Made by a program: the position numbers and the translations under genes. Positions 34,701 to 47,620 of a stretch of 64,000 bases of DNA are shown here, piece after piece. Position 1 is the stretch's first letter. Every line of letters begins with the position of its first letter. The notes under the pieces were generated by a model. The model was not told where the DNA came from, ran no database searches, and saw only the letters and a list, made by a program, of their open reading frames with translations. The DNA is from Raillietiella orientalis (Eukaryota), in the NCBI GenBank assembly GCA_036172245.1, contig JAYWIR010000006.1:5208001-5272000 (forward strand). Direction: 5' to 3'.

Positions 34701-37700
34701 CTCATTCCCTATTCGTCGCTCTCCGTCTTCGTCTCGATCGATGCGGCTTTAAAATGGAAGAGAAAGCCTCGGCATCGCGACACGGGGACGTCAGAAGAAC
34801 AGGGCGAGGAGGAGGAAGGGTAGAGGGGAAGGGAGGATGGAAGAGGAGGAAAGATGGTGAAAGAGGTAACGGTGGAGGCGGAAGACGGAAGGAAGAGGAC
34901 GAAAGGAGGAAGAGGAGGAAGGATGGAGGGGAAGACGGGTGGAGGTGGGAGACGGGAGGAAGAGGAGGAAAGGAAGAAAAGGGGAAGAGGAGGACGGGAG
35001 AAAGGAGCTTCACGAGAAAATGCGGATCGACGCGGTAGACGTGACACGCCCCGAAGCAAAGAGGGTGGATCCATCCACCTTCGCGAGGCATGGGGGATTC
35101 AGAAGACACGACCTTGCCTCGAAGTTGCCCTGCAGCTGCTGCGGCCGCACTGTGAATCCCGACAGGAGTAGCGAGGCACCAGGGAGCGCGCCACCAAGTG
35201 TTGCTTCCTCTCCCTTCCCCGTGGTCCCCCAGAGCCCTATTGGAGTGGCGGGAGCGCGTGGTGTCACGGAGGCTGCAGGCACCTGGACCCTTCCCTGAGG
35301 ATGCTGACCGTTTCCCGGCGCTCTTCCCCCTCTCGCCAATGCGATGAAGGAAACAGAGGTGGCGAGTCTCAAAGAGCGACTCCAGTGCAGGAGACATGGG
35401 CGACTTCGTGCGCCCCCGGGCGTGCACCCTCACGCGCTACACATCCTGCGTCTCTAGCCACTCAGGGCGGCCCTCGCGGACCCTCGGTAGACCTTGTTCG
35501 GCTGATCCGTCCCCGACTGACCTCTCGGACGATCCTCTCTCTCTTCGGGAAACGTCGGTGGCTTCAGGAACGCGCGTTTCTGCCTCGCCTCGGGCGAACG
35601 CGCGGCAAAGTACCCGCAGCTCGCGTACGGTACGGCAAGCGCACGCCTGCATGTCACCCCCACAAGTACGCACGCATACGTGATCCGCCAGCACACGCGT
35701 CACCCCGCACGCGCGAGACACGTGGATGCCCTCCGCTCCCGTGCGCTCGGCGTCGGCGCCTTCTCGAAGGCTGCCCAGCGAACGGTGCGGGGGCGGGGCT
35801 GGCCCTTCCGTCCACCGCGGGGCCTTCTGTGCCGATCAGCAGCCTCCCGAGCGCTCCCGGCGAGCGCTCGCGCACGCACGTCACGCACACCGGCAAGCAG
35901 CATATACGCATCCACTGGCACGTACCTGTGCACGCCGCGCACATGCGCATCCGCCGGCACCGTCTCTTCCCTCCCTGCGAGTACGCGGGGGCGCGCGTAC
36001 ATGTGCGTACACTCGGCGGGTGTACGGACGTTTGCGCGCGCGAGCACGCGCGCGTCTTTTGCAGCGGCTGCGGGGCGCTCCGCTCGTTAGTGAACGCGGA
36101 ACAAGCGAGCGGGCCGGTCGTCAGCGGAGTAGCCGCCTGTCGCGCAGCCTTGGGATTTTCGTATCTAACGGCAACGTTTCGCAAAAACAAGGAGCCAGCG
36201 CGAAACTCCCGCCTAATGTAATGTAATTAAAACGTCATGAGGGTCGAGGATGAAAAAAAGGCCCTGCCGAGAGTGAAAGCCGGCTTTTCCGGCAGACGCG
36301 GCCCGGGAAGACGGAAGTTCGGGAAAGACGTAGATTACACTGTATTACAGCAATCAGGCGCGTTTCCTTGGAAACCGTCTCTGGTCAATGGGAAAAGTGG
36401 AGGCCCGAATCCGCAGTTTGATGACTTTCGCTTTCTGCCGGAGCCGCTTCCGTCCGGGCGGCGATTTGTTCTCCGCTCCTAGACAACCGGGCGTTTCGAG
36501 GACCTCCTGCTCGACGACGGTCAGCTGAGAGATAATTTCGGCAGGGACTTCCGGAGCTTTCCGGGAGGCTTTCGTCGTTTCCGAGGTGACCTTCATCTTT
36601 CTTCTTCTTCTCCTCCTCCTCCTTCTCGCTTCCTCCCTCTGCCATCTTTAATCTATTTTTATTCCGGGGAAAATTGCAGAGAAAATAAAAGGCGCCGTGC
36701 TGCTGGAGCGTAGATTAATGGTGGCGCGGGGCGAGCCACGCGGTGAGCAATAATGGGGGAGGGGGGAGGGCAATAAAAGCGGCTGATGCGGGCGCGCGCG
36801 CGACGCGAGCTGGGAGTCAGGGGAGGCCAGGCCAACGGAAGGGGCGGGCCCGCGGGGATACAAAAGAAGGAGGACGCGCCGAGATCACGCAGGCGAGCAA
36901 CCGGGCGAGAAAAAGAGAGCGCAGCCCGCGCCAAGTCGCTTCCGCGACGGGGATCTCTGCCACCGTTCCTCCAATCCAGGCGGAGGCGCCGAAGAGATCA
37001 GCGCGGAGACGGCGGGCTAGCGGGGAGCTGGCGCGACGCCGGAAAATCCTCGAAAGGGGGGAGGGGGGAACTCCTTCCTTGGCGGAGGAGCAGAGCGGGA
37101 GAGGGACGCAGGTGATCCCGCGCGGAAGCATAAACAATGTCCCTGACAATTGTTGGCAGGGGGAAGCACGAAACAGGAAGTGGCACGCGCGCTGGATTGC
37201 GGCCATTTCGTGCGTGGGGAGGAGAGATGCACAGGAAACCGGATGAGGAGAAAAAACCATCGCGGGAAAGAAAACAGGAAGAAGGAAGCTGGACGCGGGA
37301 CCTCGAAGGCGGCCATCCGAAAGGTTGTTTTTCTCACTCTGGAACCTTCTCCGCCCCCATGTCGAGGAGGTGGCGTCCCTCAAGCTGGCATGGAGAATGG
37401 CTCCAAGGAAGAAGGAGATGCCGGCCACAAGGAACGTCGCATTTGGATGAAGGGGACAGCAGCGCGACGACAGCAGGAGAGATCGCCCGAGGACGTGGCT
37501 CAGTCCCCTGCTCTCGCGGAGTCCCTCAGGCGTTCCTGCCGCTCGCTCGGCAGAGGCAGTACCAGCGCCGCTCCGATTCGCACCTTCGGCGGACACAGGA
37601 CGACTTTGTCAGGGAATGGTTCGTGAGAAGGCGCAGCAGAGAGCATGGGAGACGGCTGGGAACGAAGACTAAGAGGGCATGGGCAGCAACCGGAACGAAA

Positions 37701-37999
37701 GAAAGCTGAGAATATACACGATGAGCCACTTGAAACCTTCTGTCTTCTGTCGAGCCTTCTGCCTGGCTTCGTAGACTGACGTCAGCGCGCTCGCTCAGCA
37801 TGGCTTCCAACAGTGGAAACAGGATGAATGGTAAAGAGGAGGGGAGCAGCAGGAAGTGTCCCCTACTGATGGCGATGCTGACGCCTAGAACGGATTCGCT
37901 AAGCACTCGAGGAGAAGGCAGCAGAAGCTTACCGCAATCCGTGAGCGTTGGCGAGAAGCGAGATCGAACGCCTAGCGCGTCGGCATCTGCAGAGGAAGA

Positions 38000-40900
38000 G
38001 ATCCCCACTTCCTTGGAAGCGTCCACGTCGGGAGGAGAAGGTAACTGCTTTGGCGAACTCAAATGAGCAAGCTCCTGGTGCACATGGCTCCTCTCCCCTT
38101 CCTCAAGCTGCAGAGGGCACCCATCTGCGCTGCCTACAAAGCTTATTCTGGGAGCACAGAGAAATTCCTCCTCGTCCGAGGCGCCTGTTCTCGGAACGAA
38201 AGTCAGGCCTCCAGTGGCAGACCTCTCCTGAATAAGCTGAACATAAGAGGATCAGTGCAGACACACGGATGGAGCCTAACGTTTTCAGTAGGCCCTCAAG
38301 GAGACGGCGTAAAAAAACCAATACACACACACAAGCTGGACAAAGGTCAAAGTGAGGCATCTAGCAGATGGTACTTCAGGCTAGGAAGATGAGGGGAGCG
38401 ATGGAAAAGAACAAGAGAAGGCGACATAGACGTTCAATAGATGAAAGATGTCGCGATGAGATTGGAAAGATGTCGCGATAAGAAAGATGTTAGAAAGATG
38501 CGTCCGCGAAAGATGTCGGATTTTCTGGATCCCCGGAAAAATGGCGTCAGTGGTAGTGGGTCCTCCGAAGAGAAGCAGCCAACCGGAAACGAGAAACGGG
38601 TGCCCCTAGGAAGCAGTTTACGAGCTGGAACGCTTTGATCTTAGCCAAAAAGCCGAGAAGCGGGATAGCTAAGATGGTGCTTTCGTGCTGCTGAGGTGGT
38701 CAAGCTGCTGGGACGAAAATCATCTGATCACGCGGTACTCAAGACTTAGTCCTCGAGATGTAAGGGACCAGAAAAGAGCAATAGCGGAGTATCACGAGAA
38801 AGGGACGTTTCTTCTAGATCGCGGACGCACGAGGACGCCTTCTGGGATAGCCCAGACGTTCTTCTGGAGCATGCAAACTTCGCATGTCGGATTACGGACC
38901 CATCGATGATCGGTGACCAGGGGTGATGACTACCAGTCGCTGATCTGATGGATGTTTTACAGAAAGGATATGCCTAAAGCTCCCTCGAAAAGAGGCTCTG
39001 GGGGCGGGTGGAGATTGCATCTCACAGAAAATGACCTTGGCGAGGGGAACCGAAAAGAGTTTAGAGGGAAAAGCAGTGGACCATCATTGCCACATATGGC
39101 GCTGCAAAGCCACCAGGAATCCAGGAACCAGTGGCCTGTTGATCCCCGATGGTGGTCGTGATGCCGACTTGCGCAGCGCCGGAGGAGAGAGAAGGTCGAG
39201 GAGGGAGAAGGAGAGCCCGGGGCGGTACGCGGAGTCCCCAGGGGCCGGCGTCGCGGTATCCGGCGACCTGCGGGAGATGGTGCTGAGAGATGGAAGAACG
39301 TCTGCCGGGCACGTTACGGGAACCGAAGCGTATAAAGATGCACCTTCAGACTGGATACTGCTCGACACTGCGCGGGTGCTCCAGTGCGGCAAATGCAGCC
39401 CAAACGGTAGGAACGCACGCCGAGGATGCGATTGCATCTTTCCTTCTGGGGAAAATCAGAGGCCAGAGATCGTGAAGAGGGGCAGCGTTTCGAAACTTCT
39501 CGGGAAGCGTGCACCTTCTCCCGATCCACGAGAAGAGGGATGCGACTCAAACTGGGAAGAGGAGCAGAAGGTGCCGAGGGTAGAAGCAGCATCAGTTCTG
39601 AGGTGGACAGGGGTACTCAGCATTCAGTCTCTGACGCGATCTGGACGTGGGGAGCCGAGGACACGGCAAATCCCGGAGGATTCTCAGCGTCTGGGCGGTC
39701 ACAGGAAACCCAGGTAGATTCTTTCCTGTTCGGCAAAAGAGTTCGGGACTTCCAGCTCTGTATCTTCCGGGAATCTCTGGGGGAGACAGCATCCATGGAC
39801 AGCGAGATCAAAGTGACAGGATGACCTGTGAACACCAAGAGTGAGCGATACAAATGCCTCTAGATCATCTGAGGTCTCTGCATTTCTCGACGAGAACCAA
39901 TGGATCTCCATCTCTGGCATCCAGGAACACCTCGTTCCCAGGGTGAACTCGACTAGTTATCTCCCTCAAGATGCTTATGGTGGGCCCATCGCTGGTATCC
40001 TGAATCCCCTGGAGCGACCCAAGGTGCTCTTATGCTATTCTTTCTCGTCTTTTCGGCCTCCTGGGAACACACAGGAAAGCAGGTGTCCTCCCCTTCCATC
40101 CTCGTTTCCCATTCCTCCTTCGTTAGACCTGCCTCGGTCACCAAACGGAGACTGAAACCTCATCCAGAGGAGCAGTTCGGGCTATGTCCTGTCTTTGACA
40201 CTACACCATCCGCATGCCCTGCGTTGGACGGAGCTCTTATCTCTGGAGCTGTCACCAGTGCTTCCTTCTTCAGGACCTTTCGCGAAACGAGAGCTTCTCT
40301 ACCAACTAAATCTCCTCCCCCCTCCCTTACCCCGCTCTCTCATAGGAGCTTGGAGGCACCTTTCTCCAAACGATAGGAGGAGATCTGTGGAACCCTTGTT
40401 TCTCCTCCTTCCTCATTTTTTCTGCAGTCCATGGAGATTCCCTCTTGGGATCTCCTAATGCTGCCGCCGATGACGATTGTCTTCCCTCGAGATGACTTTC
40501 GCACCCGCTTGCAACGCAGGGACCCTAAAACAGTCGTAAGAAGGACACTACTCCTTAGAGGTCCCGCAGCAATTGACTCGTTTCCGAGATCCCCCATGCT
40601 GGTCGGTGAACCAAGGCTTGGTGGACACGTCGCCCGTGTTTGGACGGCGCATTTATTCCGTTCCAGGGTGACTTCCAGGAAAGACGTGGGTCCCTACGGG
40701 AAATCTTTGAAACCTTCGGGAGGGGAGCACCCATGAAGGGAAGCACCGAGGAAAGGACGGGCTCGATGCTGCTCGCGACGCCAAGCTCCACGGGGAGACA
40801 GTGGAATCGCTGGAGGATTACCTTCATCTACTGAATGGGTTTGTTCTAGATGCTACCCTGTAGCGCCAGTTGCTGCCGGAAGCGGAGGATGCCTCTTCAG
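38000..40900 (+). mobile_element. Decayed CR1/L2-like LINE (ORF1 trace, APE, RT start)
   Basis: FYRKD...KRGSGGGW (38952) ~ APE RxDR..RGGGV; VSGDL; CDCIF; CPALDG ~ KxxGPDG; DGAFIPFQGDF ~ DxIYLDFxKAF; lower GC than the flanks. Confidence 0.55.
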
Positions 40901-40949
40901 CGTCCAGGAAGAAGTTCGGAGAGTGCTCTGAAAGCAGTCCAGAACAAGC

Positions 40950-41660
40950 TGAAATGAAAATACAATTAAAGAAGGTAGAAGTGAGAGTGAGAAGGCCCTC
41001 CCCCCCCAAAAAACTGTAGACAGAACCACATGAACCTCAAGGTAAAAAAAAAAAGGATGGTGGAGTTGAATTAATCTGAAGTGAAATAAAAATAATATTC
41101 GACAAATAAAATAAGGCAGAGACCTAATAAGGCAAAGGTAAACCAAGATAACGATAAACCAAAATAATGCTAGCGCGAGGTAAGGATGAGAAAAAGTAAC
41201 ATAATAGCAGAATAGGATAAAATCGAAGTGAGGCAAACCATGGAGCAAAGTAAAACTAGCGCGAAGTGAGGAGTGAGTGAAACAACAATGAAGCAAGGTA
41301 AAAATAGCGCGGAATGAGTTGGGAATGAGACAACAATGAAGCAAGTTAAAAATAGCGCGGAATGAGTTGGGAATGAGACAACAATGAAGCGAAGTAAAAA
41401 TAGCGCGGAATGATGAGGGAATGAGACAACAATGAAGCAAGACAAAGAATAGCATGGACTAAAAATAAAAGGCACTAACGTAGGCTGAGAATGAAGCAAG
41501 GTAGAGGCAAAAATAAAGGAAAATAAAATCGGAAGGAAACAAAATTAAATTAAAATCAAATTAAAAGATGATGAGAAGAAAAAAGAAAGAAGATACAATG
41601 AAGTACAATGAAGATAAAGTAAGATAATGATAAAACCGAGAATAAGATGGTCAATTCTTC
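40950..41660. other. A-rich low-GC island
   Basis: Abrupt composition shift to strand-asymmetric A-rich sequence. Confidence 0.85.
41230..41460. repeat. 48-bp minisatellite, ~4.5 copies
   Basis: CAACAATGAAGC recurs at 41283, 41331, 41379 and 41427. Confidence 0.9.
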
Positions 41661-42639
41661 TCATTTTCGCGCGTTGCAGCGTGTCAGCTGAAGCATGAGG
41701 GTGCGCGCGAAAATCTCTGCGTCCGCAGCCGGCTCCCAGACCTCGTACGCACTTACATTCGAGTCGAGCGGCACTGGATGCGCGTTCATGTGAGAAAGAG
41801 AGGCAGAGGGAGACGGTCCAAGAAGGAAGGAAAGAAAAGGAGCCATTCTAGCACGTCTCTTCTGGATTATCCAGGGACCACCAGGAGCATCCCCCCCTTC
41901 CGATGCCGATTTCCGCGTGAGCGTCGCTTGCGAGGGCGTTTCCCTCCCTTGGACGCTAAGGATCACTTTGCTCCGTTCTTTCTTTCGCCTTCCTTTATTT
42001 ATTTATTTTTTTCTCTTTTTTTTTTGTGTGTGTGTCTTGCCCCGAGCGCGGGAAACGCGTACGACGTGGCGACGTGACTCGTCCCGCCGCGTCCCTGATC
42101 CATCACGATGTCGTTAGCAGCGTCCGTCTCCGAGACGCGCACGACGATGACGACGACGACGGCGATGCCGCCGCCACCTTGGCGCTCTCGACGGCGCGGG
42201 TTGAGCAATGCAGGAAGTGAAAAGAGGAGGAGGAGGAGGAGATGGAGGAGAATGGGAAGGAAGGGAGGTCGGAACGGCAGCCTGCTCAAGACGTGGTGAA
42301 GGAAAGGCTGGAGTCTGCGCCTGCGCCGGGGCTCCCCTTCGGTCGGCCGAGGGGTCATGCAGCCCGGAGCTGCCTCCTTGCGTGAAGATACTGCAGCCTC
42401 CTTTTCTCCAGATCTTTGTCTCGCAAGCCAACGCTCTCCCGGGAACCGCACGACTCGCCTCTTCCAGCCTGCGCAGCTGCTTTCTGTCTGGCTTGCCCTC
42501 TGGCGAGCGGTGTCCAGGAAGTCGACCGAGTTCCTGCTTGTGGTCCGTCCCTGAGGACTCCACCCTCCTCTGTCCAGATTCCCGGAGGCAAGGTCAGATC
42601 TCCATCAGACGACGAAGGGAAGGCGCTGAGCCGAAGGAA

Positions 42640-44300
42640 CATCTAGGAAGAGGGGACGCCGACTGCCGAAGGGGTTGGCAGCTCGCTCCCATCCCTACCG
42701 TCGGTCCATGAGAATGGCCAGCGGCTACAGTGGAGGGAGAATAAGAAGAAGAGAAGGAGCGTCAGCAAGGGCGGCGCAGGCGCACCGAAGCAGCAGCGCG
42801 CAGCATCTCCTTGCAGGAAGGCGTCCGTCTGCCCCATGAAGGACTCTTACGGCGACTGACCTGGCAAACCCGGGCATCTTCCCGTGATGAGGACGCCGGC
42901 GCGCTCCGGTCTTCACCCCCTGGCTGTCATCCGGCAACTGCTCCGTGCTCTCCCTACTGCCTTCTCCCTTTCCAGGTCTGTCGTTCGAACCCTGCTCTCC
43001 TCCCTCATTCAGGAACGGGTGGAGCAGAGCGTGAAGATTTTTCAAGATGGCTTCCCCCTTTCCTGCCCCATCCTGGAAGCAGAAGAGTCCTCATATCCCT
43101 CGATGTCTTCTATCTGCCGGGCGGAGGTTTTTCCGTCCTCTCTGTTCCATCTGTTCCTGAAAGGAGTTTCCAGGGAGCGCATCCCGGTTTCCCGCCCTCA
43201 TCCTCTTGCGCTCTCCTGATGGTCTCAAGAATTGCCTGAAGGCGCCTCCTTGGAGGTGGCAGACGGCAGGCGCGCGTCTCCCGGGATCCAAAGGGTGCTC
43301 TCGGGGAGGGCCGCTCTCTACGGACACCCATTCGGTAGTCTTGGAAACGCGCCAGGATGAGAAGAGATCCTATCCCGGAGAATCCTGGAGAGCGGTTCTT
43401 TCTGGTTGCGGCGGTGGGAGAGCAGGACGTGGGCACTCGCTGATCCTTCGCGTCATCGGGAGTAGATTCAGCGATGCTGCGATGCTGCTCTTTCGAGCCG
43501 ATCCTTGCGGAGCCAGGAGAGCATTTCCCGGCTCCGGAGGATGCGCGGACGTCGGAGAGGGAAACCGCATGTCCTCGGCATGGAGGCCAAAGCTCTGCTT
43601 CCTCCTGCGAGGACCGGAGGCACCATGGCATCAGCAGACGCCGTCCCCCCCCCCCCCGCGGACCGAAGCGAGACCGCCATCCCGCATTCGCTCTTCGGGA
43701 GTCGCCTTCCAGGACTGTCGACAGAATGGAGTCGGCCGCGACCTGAGAGCACCGAAAATGGGCGCCCGGGGAGTTCTCCCTTGGCACCGAACTCGAAAGG
43801 AAAAGCAGCGGCGGTGCTCTTGGTCCTTCCGTGAGGTCCAGATTTGGAGAGATGCCGGTGGCTGGACCAGTGAGGTCTCTTAGGCAAAAGAGGAAAGAGA
43901 AACAAACAAAGAGAAAACAAAATAAAAGTAAACACTTCAAAGGGAGAGTTGGAGGGGAGCAAAGGACGTTAAGGGAGGTGTCTTTTGCGTCCCCTTCTCC
44001 GTCGATGCCGAAAAGTTTGACCTGGACCTTTCCACCGGATGGAGCCATCTCTTTGCCATGCTCAAGAAGCAGATGGCGTCTCTGACTCTTTCGGCAGCTC
44101 ACCAGAGCTACACCAGTCCCGCAAAGGCGAGCAGCCTCAGGAGGACAAAGCCTGCGGCGATGCATACTCTGCAAAGAGGGTACTTAATGCTGGGGTTGTC
44201 CACGTCTATGGGGTTGTCCCACCGGGGTCTGAGGAGCCGTTCCGAAGCGCTCCCGAAGGGGGACAGAGGGCAACGCAGTCCTCAGGCAGGTGCAGGAGAG
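42640..44300 (-). mobile_element. Decayed Penelope-like element (RT plus GIY-YIG)
   Basis: In order: VKLFGID ~ LVSFDV; WCLRSSQEEAELW ~ WxRYVDDxFxxW; KNRSPGF...MGVRRERP ~ NxLPFLD...VYRKP; GVLITGRC...FMGQTDAFL ~ GVVYxIxC...YIGQTxRxL. Confidence 0.52.
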
Positions 44301-47099
44301 ATTCCTTTTTTTCTTTCCTCCCATCATTCCCTCATCTGAGGCGGTTCGGGTTCGGCCGTTCCCTGTACTGATGACGGCTGCGAGTGCTGCACGGGAGACA
44401 CGACGACAGCATCGGCTGTGCCGGCTCCTGCGGATCGAGGGGGAAGTCCGCGATCGCTGTGAGAGTCTTCCGGGGTAGTTTGCAGGAACCGAGACTAGCA
44501 GATCGGTCCTTGCGGATTTGAATGGGGCAATTGCGGCGCAGTGCCCCCGCGGGCCTGTGGATTTTCTGAAGGAGGCTTGACACCTCGCCGGGGCGACAGC
44601 TGCAGTTCGGTTTCCTCATGGAGGGCAGTGCTGATGCAAGGAGGGAGGGGGAGTGAAGTCCTGATGACCACGCGCTTTTTTCTGGTGAGGCACTTATCCC
44701 TTCCAGCGCTCAGAGAGGGTAGATGGAATCATCCCAGGCACTAAGGCGTGATCTTCGCCCACGCACGCGAACCGGTTCCCCTAGCCTAGATACTACGGTC
44801 CCTGAGACGGCAAGAGAACCACATGAGTCCCATTCGTCCTCCGAGGCGACCTGCTACCGCGCCCGGGGCTCGGGTTGGTAACGGTTTTCGGTGGCAGCAC
44901 TCCAGACGGAAGATGGCACTCCATCACGTCCGGCTGCCTCTCTCGTCGAGGAACATGCGCCAGGCACGGGATCCTGCCCGAAGAGCGGATGCTTCCTCGC
45001 CCGCAAAGAAGGCGTCCCTCTGTCCCGAGCATCCGTCGAGGGGATGCTGGAAAGGGTTCTCTCCCAGCTGCTCTTCGAGTCAGCAGATGGACCGGTTCCG
45101 CGGTTGAGGACGTGTGCTGCTACTGATCCCGGAACGATTTCTGAATTTGCTTTTCCGGGAGCCTCCTGGACATCTGAGGCTGCTGTAGATGGAGATCATG
45201 CTGCCCTTGCTTGGGACCCGCCGACACCTTTCTACGTGGTCACATCCGTCGCCGGGCGGGTGTTGCCGGGAGAGCGTTCATTCGCGGGGGCGGACGAAAA
45301 TGCCGAAATGCCCGGAGAAGGGTCCTGCGGACTTTTTTAGCATCTTCAGAAAGTCTCACCGGGCTGCTTCCGCGCCCTCTGACGTTGCCAGGCAGCGTAG
45401 GCACGCCTGGGGGAGGGGGGGATCCGCACCGGTGCACTCAGCTCTTCCTTGGAAGGAGGGACGATCGAGGAGGACTCCTGCGCGTTTTAGAAGGGAGGAA
45501 TCCCTTCGGCCGCCTTTCTGCAAAGGGCTGATCCTCGCGCATCGGCGAGGGCGGCGGCGGTTGCCTCCTCCCCCTCTCGCTTTCCAGCTCTGCCTCGCTC
45601 TCGAGCTGGAGGAGTAGGCAGGGGTAGGTCACGTAGTCGCGGGCCGAACGCCTTCCCGGTTCGTCCCGGAAGTGCCGCTTCCAGCACGTCCGAGTCTCCC
45701 GGATTCCAGACCTCGACGTCTGTCTGCAGGCGGTGCTTACGGCTTCCGAGGTCGCGCTCCGCAGCACCGTCTCCTTAACCGAGATCGCAGCTCCTTGCGG
45801 GGAAAGTCAGCTTCTGAGCAGATCGGCCTTCATCATCTTCTGTGGATCCGCGCTTCGAAGAAACCCTTTTGTCCTACAGGCATTTTTGGTTCCCGCCTTT
45901 TTCTGCAGCTGCCTTCACCTATTTTTTCCTCATCCCTCCCTGCCAATGCCCCAGGATCTCCTCCGGAGTAATGGCAGCTGGTACTGTCTTCTTCGCAGGG
46001 CTGCTGCCCTCAGGTGCGCACCGACGCCGGCTTCGCAGGGAGAGCCGCCGGTGACCGAAAGGGTCACCCTTCGTCTTTCTTTCGGTCGCCAGGACCCACA
46101 AACAAGACAGGCGACCAGCCCCGACCATTACTCTGGCCCTCTTCGTCCCTCAGGAAAGAAAATCGCCGCGTTCAATCGGACCGCGCCAACGCGGATCTCT
46201 CGCGTCCAGGGCAAGCCAAGGCCAGCCTGACTTCTGGAGCGACCTCGGCTGTCTCTTCCTGCGTCTCGCGTCCCTCCGGACGGCGCGCTCCAGAATCGGG
46301 AGAGGGGCCAGGCACACACCTCGTTCTCCCTGGACCGAAGTTCTTTCAGGACGGGGAGCGTGCAAAGGAGAAGAGGCAGCGCCGTCGGACAACCCGGCAT
46401 CCGCACAACGCCTAAAGGTGAAAACTCCTCAAGGTCCTTTCAGAAATCAGCAGCTGCGGGGGAGGAGTAGGACGCAGGAGACATGCCGGAAGGAGGGAGG
46501 AGGAGGAGAAATCCTTCCGTGACGGGAGGAAGACATCGGTCGCCGTGGTTTCAGGAGGCCAAACGCTCAGGGGAAGACGGGAGGACAAGCAGGGACGATT
46601 TCGCTCTTTCTTTCTCTTTTTTTCTTTCCTTTCTTTGTTTGAGGAAGGGGGAATCCGGAAAGAGCTCCGGAGGAAAGAGTCTGCCCGTCCCTCCTGCGCT
46701 TGGGAGGAAACCCTCGTCCTAGTTGTCTACGGAGGGACTCGCGGAGGAATCACTTCTCGTTCCTTCTCTGGATGGGACCACGGAAAAGATGCTCTCCCAG
46801 TTTCCTCCTCAGAAGAGAACCCAGAAGGGAGTAGAGCACTTCTTGTACTGTGGAGAGGCTACCTTCGGGCGGGAGTGTCAACCAGCTCCACGGAACGCGA
46901 TGGAGGGTCCATATCCCGAGAAGAAGGGATGGCTTCATTTGCATAACCGGAAGGGGGAACCCTGAAGGGCTCCTTGGTCCCCGGAAGGGTCCCGGAGGGT
47001 CAACTTCGAATCCCGGCCAGGCAATAGGGGGTATCCGGCTTTGCTCCAGTGCCGCACCCGTAGCCAACCGAAGGGCCAATCAACGCCATCTTGCGGGAA

Positions 47100-47240
47100 G
47101 AGGTGGATCAAAACCACGACGCACCCCCTATTTCTCGGTGTTGATTTCTCCCCCCCTCCACCGGGAGGGATTCGAACCCGCGATGCCCGGTGCCACGCCC
47201 GCAGGCCGCAGCCGCACGACAGCCGCCGCTGACCTTCAAG
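47100..47240 (-). mobile_element. tRNA-derived SINE fragment, copy 1
   Basis: B box GGTTCGAATCC (47168-47178); aligns with 47470-47620. Confidence 0.55.
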
Positions 47241-47469
47241 GCGATGCTGCAGCTCTTATGACATTCCGGGGAGGCAGCCCCCGAGGGGGAAAAGCAACCA
47301 GCTTCATGGTAGGGCCCCATTTTCACAGCCAAGGAGTGCCTCGAAGGGCTCCTTGATGTCATGGAAGGGACCCAGCGTGCAAACTTCCAATCCTTGCCGA
47401 CCAACGGAGTGGCTCCTCCAGTGACGCCGCTTTCGAATGACCAGCCAGCGCCATCCTGCAGGGGGGGGG

Positions 47470-47620
47470 GGTAAATCGAAAATCACGACGCACCCCCCGT
47501 TCTCGGCGTCGACTTAAGTTCCCCCCTTTCCGGGCGAGATTCGAACCCGCGACGCCTGGCGTCTCCGCTCGCGGCGGTCGCCTGTCTACGCGAGCTGTGT
47601 GGCTGCGCTCCAATGAAAAG
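47470..47620 (-). mobile_element. tRNA-derived SINE fragment, copy 2
   Basis: A-box-like CAGCTCGCGTAG, B box GGTTCGAATCT, shared tail CCGAGAA..GGGGGTGCGTCGTG.TTTT. Confidence 0.55.

Noticed and set aside
40853..41455. Hydrophobic 200-aa ORF with 16-aa LHCCLIP repeats
   Set aside because: It is the translation of a T-rich strand across a 48-bp minisatellite, with no splice or codon support.
47160..47620. Functional tRNA genes
   Set aside because: Only the T-arm/B box is recognisable; I could not fold a full cloverleaf, and the copies share a non-tRNA tail.
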